Assembly (NCBI GenBank): GCA_951406725.2
Contig: OX597822.1
Location: 3,720,001 to 3,784,000 of the forward strand
Origin: Octopus vulgaris
Taxonomy: Eukaryota
Direction: 5' to 3'
DNA length: 64,000 bases
Shown here: positions 54,399-64,000 of the stretch, piece after piece
How the letters are laid out: every line of letters begins with the position of its first letter
Position numbering within the stretch: position 1 is the stretch's first letter
Program-made: the position numbers and the translations under genes
Notes under the pieces: generated by a model
Seen by the model: the letters and a program-made list of their open reading frames with translations, nothing else
What the model was told of the DNA's origin: nothing
Databases searched by the model: none

Positions 54399-54982
54399 TA
54401 AGGCGGTGAGCTGGCAGAAGCGGTAGCACGCCGGGCGAAATGCGTAGCCGTATTTCGTCTGCTGCTACGTTCTGAGTTCAAATTCCGCCGAGGTTGACTT
54501 TGCCTTTAAATTAAGTACCAGTTACGCACTGGGGGTCAATATAATCGACTTAATCCGTTTGTCTGTCCTTGTTTGTCCTCTCTGTGTTTAGCCCCTTCTG
54601 GGTAGTAAAGAAATAGGTATTTCGTCTGCCGCTACGTTCTGAGTTCAAATTCCGCCGAGATCGACTTTGCCTTTCATCCTTTCGGAGTCGATAAATTAAG
54701 TACCAGTTACGCACTGGGGTCGATATAATCGACTTAATCCGTTTGTCTGTCCTTGTTTGTCCTCTCTGTGTTTAGCCCCTTCTGGGTAGTAAAGAAATAG
54801 GTATTTCGTCTGCCGCTACGTTCTGAGTTCAAATTCCGCCGAGATCGACTTTGCCTTTCACCCTTTCGGGGTCGATAAATTAAGTACCAGTTACGCACTG
54901 GGGTCGATATTATCGACTTAATCCGTTTGTCTGTCCTTGTTTGTCCCCTCTGTGTTTAGCCCCTTGTGGGTAGTAAATAAAT
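54399..54982 (+). mobile_element. Trimeric SINE family D (184-bp units) with 15-bp TSD
   Basis: t.tgggtagt recurs at 54597, 54781 and 54965; exact TSD atatatctgagaccc at 54381-95 and 54983-97. Confidence 0.92.
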
Positions 54983-54988
54983 ATATAT

Positions 54989-55324
54989 CTGAGACCCGCT
55001 TCGGTCACGACGCTGACCATGGGATTGCATTTAGAAAGTTACCCTCCCAGACACAAGTCTGGGCAAGGTTGTTTATGGAAGACCAGCAGTCGCCCATGCA
55101 TACCGGCCTGTCCTCTCCATGCCATCAGTGTTATCCAAAGGAAAGGCAAGGCCCGATACAGCTTGGCACCTGTGACATCGCAACTCATTTCTACAACTGA
55201 GTGAACTGGAACAACGTGAAATAAAGTGTCTTGCTCAAGAACGCAACACATATCCCGGTCGGAGATTCAAGCTCACAACCTCGCGATCGTAAGCTCGACG
55301 CTCTAACCATTGAGCCATGCGCCG
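54989..55324 (-). mobile_element. tRNA-derived SINE family G
   Basis: Inverted homologue of 34748-35069. Confidence 0.88.
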
Positions 55325-55945
55325 TCACTAATGTAATAACTTAATATATAACTTGTCTGTTAATGCTAACTTTTTAACTGACTTTTTCATGAAATGTTCC
55401 TATCTCCTGGACAGGTAATTCCACAACAGCTTTTGTCTTGTAGATCTATGTTTGTATATGTATACATGCATGCATGTGTACATGTGAGTTTTCTTTCGTT
55501 TTGATTCTTTGAATATTTCTTAGAAACAAGAACCGGCTTTCTAACAAATCAACAAATCTCCATCGCTAAAATCTAGGTAACGACAACAATTAAGAATTAG
55601 ATGTGGAATTTCAGAAAAGCATTCCATATTTTATGTTTCACTTACAGATTAAGTTTGCAAATTTTACGCTCTCTGATTCCTTTATTGACCTTAAAAATCC
55701 GATATTTTTGATATTGTTATTTCAACGCTTAGTAACGTAGTTAAGTCCGGTACAAATGTAAATCATTGGTCGAAATGCTATGTTTTTTGAAGTGGTTATC
55801 CATGAATATTCACTGATTTTGGAAGAAAATGTTTACAGACGCGTGAAGATGTATAGAACGCATTTCCTTCTTAGCTCTGTTCAGTATCATTTATTTTCAT
55901 ATGGACTACATCGAGACTGGTTGATAACTTTTAACAAAAGAAGTT

Positions 55946-56249
55946 TTTCAGTTCTATATTTAAGAGATGAGGAATTATGTACATTATTTACAATTGCCGA
56001 TATTTGTCCTCATCTTGTTTGTTGTTAACACAATGTTTCGGCTGATATACCTTCCAGCCTTCATCAGGTGTCTTGGAGAAATTTCGAAACTGGGTTCTCA
56101 TTCCTAAGGTATTTTTTGATGTTGTTGTTGTTATTATTATTATTATGATTATTATTATTATTATTATACAAGTCACCGCCTGGAATCGAACTCGGAATCC
56201 TGGAGTTAGAAGCCCGCGCTCTTAACCACTACGTCATATGTCCGTGGGC
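55946..56249 (-). mobile_element. Candidate SINE: tRNA-derived head, (TAA)n linker, hammerhead-ribozyme tail
   Basis: Head 56172-56249 with A-box tgacgtagtgg and B-box gagttcgattcc; HHR at 56027-56072 on the same strand; the 3' boundary is approximate. Confidence 0.7.
56027..56072 (-). ncRNA. Minimal type I hammerhead ribozyme
   Basis: GACAC CUGAUGA A GGCUG gaagguauau CAGCC GAAA CA UU|GUGUU: 5-bp stems I and II; stem III reads CA rather than CG (consistent with CpG decay). Confidence 0.78.
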
Positions 56250-56899
56250 ATTTGTATGCAATTCTGAATTGTTTTCTCTTTTTTTTTTCTTTTTTACTCT
56301 ACTTTCGTCAGTTGAACGAATTACAGTTTTAAAACAAACCGAAATATTTTTCGAATTGCAGATTTAAATTGTCTTTATGTAGCATATGTTATGCGAAAGC
56401 GCCTGAGTTATTGGTTAGTGTGCACGGGTTGCAAAAATAACGACGTCGGTTCAATTCTGGGGGAGACGGGGACTTTTGTTCTTGAGCAATGAACTTCATT
56501 TTTTGTTGTTCCCTTCTACTCTGATGTAATATATATCAGCCAGGGACCTAGGGCAACACTGCCTCCCTCTCAGTTGTTACAATATGGATTCTTCACTGAA
56601 TCTGGGGTGGCACGAGGCGAAAGGTTATCGATGTCTGCTCGCAACTACATACGTAAGTGAAAACTATTAGATAAGACGCGGAGCATGTTACCGCACCATA
56701 CCGAATGAAGAGTAACAATAGACTAGCTATTCCTCACGTTTTTCTACATACCTGAGTCAAAGGCAGTTCGATAGTGTAAATATACGTTTCCATACACACG
56801 TTCATTTACGTGTATGTAATTTTGAATGGGAGACAGACTGTCTTTCGCTTCAAAACTGCAGTTAATGAACTCTTCTGCCATTTTGTTTTTCCATTTGTG

Positions 56900-57480
56900 T
56901 CTGTTTCATTGCTTGTGACCACCTCTTCAAGCATTTATAGAGTGGCCTTCGTAACACGATACTGTTTGTCCAATACATTTTGATGTGAATATATCGTTTG
57001 TGTTAGATTATTTTTTTCTTCACCTAGCGACGAATATTTTGTTGTGATGGCTGTGGTATCATGCACTTCTGATGCTTGCTCCAACTCCCTCCTATTCCAC
57101 CTGGCATCAGAAATTTGTCTCGCCACCGATCGCACAATCTTGTCGCCCGGTCGTTCCAGCAGTGATTGCTCACTCTAGCGCTAACCATTTTCGAAATCGG
57201 TCGATTCGGTAATTTAAATTGTTACACACTGAACAAGCCCAGTCGACTGCGAGCCGTCGGAATTTGCGAAGTAAAAGGCTCCAACGACTCGTAATCGACT
57301 GAAATCATTAAAGGACCAAGTGATCCGTGCGCGATTAGTGTTGGCAAGAAAGCCTTTTTCATTTCGGTTTTCTTAGGTTTCATTCGAATTTTCGCAACTA
57401 TCACTGAGATACGGACCCGTACTTGGCTCAAACCGCGCTCGCACTCGCGACTTCCGTACTCGCCACAGAACCCTCCTACT
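56900..57480 (-). mobile_element. Possible Gypsy LTR-retrotransposon gag remnant
   Basis: W.RRELEQASEVHDTTAITTKYS weakly resembles the Gypsy gag N-terminal WF...E..F....IT...TKY block. Confidence 0.35.
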
Positions 57481-57757
57481 CGAACTGGTATCAGAAATCC
57501 ATCTCTGATATATTGGTAATTAGATTCTTCGCTTGCAAGGGCATGGGTATTATTGTGTACGTGGAAACGGTCGTGAATTCATACAAAATACACCATAGCG
57601 TCCTTCACAGAAGTGAGTCGTTCTGAAGAAGATAACTTTGGAGGCCTTAAATACAGCTGCATGTCCTAGTCCTTATGGTAAGCAGAGAGTGGGAGACACT
57701 ATGTCTGTAATTTTTAGCGTAGACGTCAGACTAAATGACGATTCGACAGTTGGGGCA

Positions 57758-57895
57758 GTATGGTAATTAATTTTCTCATAAACCACATGCTTCTGGATTC
57801 AGAGCCACTGTGTGACAACTCCGGCAATTGTCTTTTACTATAGCCTCGAGCCCTCTAAAGCCTTGCGAGTGAATTTGGTGGGTGGAAACTAGAAG
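57758..57895 (+). mobile_element. SINE family B 5' half, degraded
   Basis: aaccacatg.ttc.gg.ttcag..ccactg.gtg.ca...gtctt.tactatagcc...gagtg.atttggt...ggaaact. Confidence 0.65.
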
Positions 57896-58128
57896 AATGT
57901 GTGTATGTGTATGTATGACTGCATATATATATATATACATACATACATATGTACATATATATATAAATGGATGTGTGTAATTTTCCCTTGTTTACAATTA
58001 ACACGGAAAAAATAAATATACAGTTACCAAGGCAGCAAAAAATCACAGAAATAATAAGGACGTAACACCCTATTTGTAAAGGTAGATACTCCGAGTTGAT
58101 GTGAAATATTTTGAATAATATATTTAAA

Positions 58129-58414
58129 TAAATAAATGGAGTTAAACCCGGGTGTTATTCAAGTTCTTTTACTTCCTACATATGTTTCGAAGACAACATT
58201 GTTATTATTCCAAAGGAATAAAATGGTTTAAAACAATGTAATATTCTCATCACGGAAAGAAAGAAAGATTGATGAGTTTGGCTTCTTTCTTTCTTTCCAT
58301 GATGAGAAGATTACATTGATTTACACCATTTTATTCCTTTGGAATAATACCAATGTTGTCTTCGAAACATATGTCGGAAGTAAAATAATTTGAATAACAA
58401 CTGTGTTTAACTCC

Positions 58415-58423
<9 letters not shown>
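58129..58423. repeat. 295-bp palindrome made of two divergent HHR-like units
   Basis: Arms 58129-58268 and 58284-58423, 15-bp spacer; + strand motif 58294-58380: UUUCC AUGAUGA GAAGA...UCUUC GAAA CAUAUG UC|GGAAG; the mirror copy has GUGAUGA and a GUA site. Confidence 0.88.
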
Positions 58424-58483
<60 letters not shown>

Positions 58484-58567
58484 GGCAAAAAAATGTAAGG
58501 ACAAGCAAGTTATATAAAAAAAGTGTTAAATGCATTTAATACAAAGAATGTAGATATGTATGCACTA

Positions 58568-59721
58568 CTAGCAGAAAGACCGCTCTGGGCGGTTTTCTGC
58601 TAGCCCCTTGCGTCAACATATTTTCGTCGCTTTGAAACCGCGACCTATTCACTGGCAAAGCTTCAGAAAAATGTTACAGCATGATATTTTGACAGTTCGC
58701 TGTTCCAAAGAGACGAAAACATTTTGACACAAATGTAATTTAAATGTTGAAGTGAAACTAACTGTTTTTGTGTGTTCTTGAATGGCTTACAAACATCTTC
58801 CATGCTGCAATTGTTATGTACAGGATTTTAATATCATAATTTTCTGTTAGAAAATATTTTTCTACAAACACACACATACGCACCCCACCCCCCACACACA
58901 CACAGCTTCGCTTGATTGAGGTGGGGGTAAAAATTTAGATAACAATTCATTTTGTTGTTTTTCTTTCACCGATGGACCACGCGTGAATTATTTCAGCATC
59001 ATCATTCCATAAAATGTGTTTAATGGGAGAAAAATATGGATAAAACGTGAATACATTTGAGAGCGAAAAGGGAGGGGAGTTTGGGTTGTGCTAAAAACGT
59101 CAGCAAAATTTCTCTTTTCCTCTGAAAATATTTACAACATGTTTTTTGTTTGTTTTTTTTTCTTTTTTTCACTGAAAAGGTTCCTCTCATGGTTTTTAAG
59201 TAAAAAATTAAAATGGCGAAAATCAGCACGGATAGTTATTATTATAAGGCTTACAGCGTTCCAAAACAGCCACAAAAAAATTACTTATAATTTCTTTTTA
59301 CAAAAATTATATGGGTATTTAAAAATTCTTTCATTCAATAAATAATGTTTTTACATTGCGGATACATTAATAGGATAAACTGTTGGTTTCCCAAATACCG
59401 AATTAAAACTTGAAATGAAAACATTAAAAGAGTAAGTGAGAGGCCTTGCAAATGAAAATGGAATATTCCGCAGTGAATGCATGGAATATTTAAATTTGTG
59501 AATAATTGGACGCAGTGAATGCAATGAATATTTAAATCTGAGATAAAAAGGAGTTAAAAACTTGAATAAACTTGAGAAATCGAAATTATAGGAAATTTCT
59601 CAGAACATGAATTTACAAACATATTCCTAGATGGTTAATCCTTTAATAATTGCTTTCTTTTAGTACTTTTAATAAACTTACATACCTGATTAATAAGCAG
59701 CTTTCTCCATTATCGTATAGA
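58568..59721 (-). mobile_element. Probable non-autonomous Helitron
   Basis: Minus strand reads A|TC...hairpin accgcccagagcggt...CTAG|T with no TSD; the 5' end is a best guess. Confidence 0.5.
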
Positions 59722-60616
59722 TATATATAAAAGAAGTCCAATTTACACAGAATTCTTGATATCGTTTCCATTCTGTGTAAGCCGGACTTCTGTATGAATA
59801 CATATGTACATTCTTTGTATTAAATGCATTTAACATTTTTTTATATATTGACTTGTTTAACTTGCTTTTCCTGTAATTGTCCAGGGGCGCAGTTTCTCCT
59901 TTCGGCTAAAGAAACAAAAAACAAATACGGTGGCCCATATTTTCCTATGCCTAGTATATTTTTTGGTTACTAGAACTTTGTTCATTGCATTTTTGAATAC
60001 CTTGGTATTTCTAGCGCTCGTTCTGTGGAATTGGTAAAGTAGAGGGAACAGAAGAAACAGAGAGTCTATTGATATGAATCTTGTGTGTTGGGAAAACAGT
60101 TTTACCTGTTCAACAGTCAAGTATAAACATTCCCTTTGGTCATATATCAGTTGAAAAGGTAGTTATTAAATCGAGTCGTTTCTAAGAATCGTTCGACTTT
60201 CAAGTATGATATACGACGGATAGTTCACATAGAACGTAAACATTACTCTAATGAATTACTCATAACTATCTAGCATGATATTCCACAAAGAAATTGTGGA
60301 TTGTGTACAGCAGTGGTGTCTTTTGTTGTTGTTGACCCTAGCACATAACCGGTGGATTATCTTAAACAGAATCACAGAGTGCCTCTTTAGAATATTCACT
60401 TTCAAGTATTTGTAACACCAAAGACCATCATTCTACTTTCAGCTACAAGTGGGAATATTAACGAACAGGTCATTGGAAGATTTTCAAGGACAGCAACTAA
60501 GGCAGCAAGTGCTTGTGCTGAGTGCAGTTGACTTCGGCGAACATGAGTGGGGAATAGAATCTTGCTTCCCCGTTATCTAACGATATTTTACATGGCTTCT
60601 GTAGTATTTTCGTTCT

Positions 60617-61930
60617 ATGTATGTGAGAATGTAAGTATGTATGTATATATGTATGTATGTATGTATGCATGTATGTATGTATCTATGTATGTATGTGTGT
60701 GTATGTATGTATGTATGTATGTATGTATGTATGTATGTATGTATGCATGTATGCATGTATGTATCTATGTGTGTATGTGTCTATGTATGTATGTCATTAT
60801 TCAGTTTTATTTCAAAATTTCTTGCCAATGGAGAAAGAACCGGTTTCTAACCGAGATCCAAGACTTCTTCATTGGAATTTCAACCTCAACAACAGGGTAT
60901 TTTTGTATGTATGTATGTATGTATGTATGTATGTATGTATGTATGTATGTATGTATGTATGTATGTATGTCTACGTGCAGAATTGTATGTTTTGTTTTAT
61001 GTATTTCTTCTCGTGCATATACTTGTATGCAGATATGTTTGTCTGTATATATGTATGTCTGTATGTATGAAAGTATGTAAGCATGCATGCTTGTATGTAT
61101 GTGTATATGCATGTATGTATCTATGCATTTGTGTATGAATATAGGAATGTATGTATACGTGTAGCAGGAATTATGTATGCATGCATATACACATACATTT
61201 TGCATGTGTGTATGAACGAATGCATGCACCTATGTATGTATGCATGTATGTAGGAATGTGTGTATGTTTGTGTCCAGTATATGTATGAATCTTTGTATAT
61301 ATACATGCACATATACATGCATAGGAATGTATGTATGTATGGAGGTTTGTATGTTTGGGTGTTTGTATATTTGCATGCATGTATGTATGTATGTATGTAT
61401 GTATGTATGTTTGTATGTATGTATGTATGTATGTATGTTGGTATGTATGTATGTATGTCTGCATGTATGTATGTCTGTCTGTATGTATGTATGTATGTCT
61501 GTATGTATGTATGCATGTACGTTGGTATGTATGTATGTATGTATGTATGTATGTATGTATGCATGTCTGAATGTCTGTATGTATGTATGCATGTATGTCT
61601 GTCTGTCTGTATGTATGTATGCATGCATGTATGTATGTATGCATGTATGCATGTATGCATGTATGCATGTATGTATGTATGCATGTATGTATGTATGTAT
61701 GTATGTCTATGTTTGTATGTATGTCTGTCTGTATGTATGTATGCATGCATGTATGTATGCATGTATGCATGTATGCATGTATGCATGTATGTATGTATGC
61801 ATGTATGTATGTATGTATGCATGTCTGAATGTCTGTATGTATGTATGTATGTATGTATGTATGTATGCATGCACGCATGTATGCATGTATGCATGCAGGT
61901 ATGTAAAAATGTATGTATGTATGTATATCT
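60617..61930. repeat. Long degenerate (ATGT/ATGC/GTCT)n tetranucleotide array
   Basis: Directly read; source of many spurious YVCM/HTYI ORFs. Confidence 0.95.
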
Positions 61931-62015
61931 TGAATGTGTTTTAATATAATATTCAAAGCAATTTGTTCAGATGTGAATGTGTGTGTGTGTGTGTGTATGT
62001 GCGTGTCTGTGTGTG

Positions 62016-62053
<38 letters not shown>

Positions 62054-63160
62054 CTGTATTGTTATAGTTGTTGCTGTTGTTCTTATTTTATTACTGCTAC
62101 TGTTGTTGCTGTGTTCCTTAATCCTGCTCTTCGCGCGTGCGCTCGCTGAGTGCGAGTGCGCATGCACGAATTGACGATGCTATCCTTAAATTCATTGATG
62201 TCCCTACAGCTGCTGTTTTCGTCTGTCTGTGCATGAGTGTGTCTGCGTGTGCATGCATGTGTATGTGTGTGTCTGCGTGTGTGTGTGTGTGCGACATAGA
62301 AAGTGCGTGTGAGAGAGAGAGAGCTGTTGTTGCTTTTGTTGTTGTTATTAATCTTGTCTCTCCTCTGGTGCGTTTGCGAGTCGCTTTTGTTGATGTTTTT
62401 AATCTTGCTTCTCTACTTGCAAAGTGTTGTTGTTGATATCTTTGCTGCTGCTGCTGATGATGCTGCTGCTGCACCTTCTGCTGTTGTTGCTGTCGTTGTT
62501 CTTGTCGCACGTCGTCGTCGTTATTATGGCCACTGTTTCAGCTGCGTGGTTTGTGTGATAATTACATTAGCCTAATAGAAGGAACTAAACAAGTGTTAAT
62601 AGCAATAAAGCATACAGTGTTAGAATAATCATTTAGAGATCTTTAGGTGTTTAATATCGCTACACGTCAATAATCCAATGACCTAACAAAGGACAATTCC
62701 AGGCTTTTGACTAGTTTAACACCAACTCCTACACTGCTACAGCCATCACCACCAACGCCAATGACAACAACACCAAACAACAAGAAGATTAGAGAATTTT
62801 AAATGAGTAATAACTTAAAAGCTAATCACTCTATTTGCTTTGAATAATATAGCTTGATCATTTGGTCTTGTTATCGTGAAGAAAGAAATGTAAACACCGT
62901 GTGTGTTGGGAAATAATCGTTCTCTCTTGCTAGAATTTAACACTCAATTTTAAACGACCCTTTTCAAAAGTAAACAACAACGTTGTAATTCTGTTAAAAG
63001 AAAGATCTCCGTTGCAAATGGCGTCCGTGTTTTACAAGCTTCTGAAAACCTGATTAGTTTTAGTCTAAAAAGGAAACCGTCTCGATAATGTTATGGTTGA
63101 CCTTTGTCCTCAATCGTGTGCTGATCCTGTTTCTTTCGCTTGATTGTTTGTTTTTAAATC

Positions 63161-63221
63161 AGTAGTAGTAGTAGTAGTAGTAACGGCGCCTCTAGTGGTG
63201 GTGGTAGTAGTAGTAGTAGGT

Positions 63222-63254
<33 letters not shown>

Positions 63255-63349
63255 ATAGCAGTAGGTGTAGTAGTAGTAGTAGTAGTAGCGGCTCTAGAAG
63301 TAGTATAAGCAGCAACAACGGCGCCTCTAGTGGTGGTTGTAGTAGTAGC

Positions 63350-63380
<31 letters not shown>

Positions 63381-63407
63381 ACCGCAGCAGCAGCAGCAGC
63401 AGCAGCT

Positions 63408-63447
<40 letters not shown>
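63161..63447. repeat. (TAG)n/(CAG)n compound repeat with recurring acggcgcctctag spacer
   Basis: Directly read. Confidence 0.9.
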
Positions 63448-63499
63448 ATTTAAGTTTAACGGGCAAAATTATTGATTTCAAATTTTGACACGAGGTCAG

Positions 63500-63648
63500 C
63501 AGATCAGCTGGTATTTAATTTATCGACACCAGAAAAGATGGAAGGCAAAGTCAACCTCGGCGAAATTTGAACTCAGAGCATGAAAGCGGACGAAGTGTCG
63601 CTAAGCATTCCGTCCGGCGTGCTAACGATTCTACCTGCTCGCTGCTTT
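63500..63648 (-). mobile_element. SINE family D, partial
   Basis: ctggta.ttaatttatcgac...ggcaaagtcaacctcggcg.aatttgaactcaga...ctaagcatt...ccggcgtgctaacgattct. Confidence 0.8.
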
Positions 63649-64000
63649 TTTAGCGGGTAAAATTATTAAGATTGCAATTTGTTTAAAACAATGTCATCTC
63701 TCACTGAACACTGTAATGTGAAGAAATACATTCTAAACGTGACCACCCCGTCTTATTTTCTATATAAGAGACTATACTGTTCCATGTGACCTTCTTTATT
63801 TGATGCGACACCGTGTGACTTGGTGGACATTGAACATCCATTCCTAGTCGCTCGGTGATTGATTAGAAGCCCTCCCTTTCTCTTTCACTCTTTCACATAC
63901 TCTCTTTCTCCCAACTCTCCCTCACTCACTCTCTTTTATCTTCACTTTCTTCCCCCCCACTCTCTCTCTCTCTCGCATATGTTCTCTTTCTGTTTCGTTC

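Noticed and set aside
54450-54982. 184-bp repeats as a CRISPR array or as a hammerhead retrozyme
   Set aside because: No unique spacers or cas genes and the context is eukaryotic; no CUGANGA core found on either strand of the unit.
56172-56249. tRNA gene (likewise the heads near 19470, 34748, 40940 and 54400)
   Set aside because: A and B boxes are present, but there is no convincing acceptor stem or cloverleaf and they run into repeat bodies; these are SINE-type heads.

Overview
AT-rich, microsatellite-saturated animal genomic DNA (intergenic or deep intronic). The repeat complement suggests a mollusc, probably an octopus (inference). No intact host protein-coding gene is recognisable, and almost all ORFs in the supplied track are microsatellite artefacts. 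The window is a transposon graveyard: a full-length decayed mariner, several other Tc1/mariner remnants, a 5'-truncated R4/Dong-type retrotransposon sitting in (TAA)n, a decayed Tx1/L1-type LINE, RTE and CR1 remnants, a Penelope-like element (RT plus GIY-YIG) remnant, a probable non-autonomous Helitron, a GG-terminal MITE carrying telomeric hexamers, and many tRNA-derived SINEs. The main hidden signal is about a dozen minimal type I hammerhead ribozyme (HHR) motifs, from several distinct short non-coding element types, mostly beside (TA)n tracts. Some are arranged as palindromes or tandem/inverted repeats, and one lies downstream of a tRNA-derived Pol III promoter head (candidate ribozyme-bearing, Penelope-mobilised SINE). 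Two trimeric SINE concatemers are each bounded by a 15-bp target-site duplication. All coordinates and folds were read by eye; no searches or folding programs were run.
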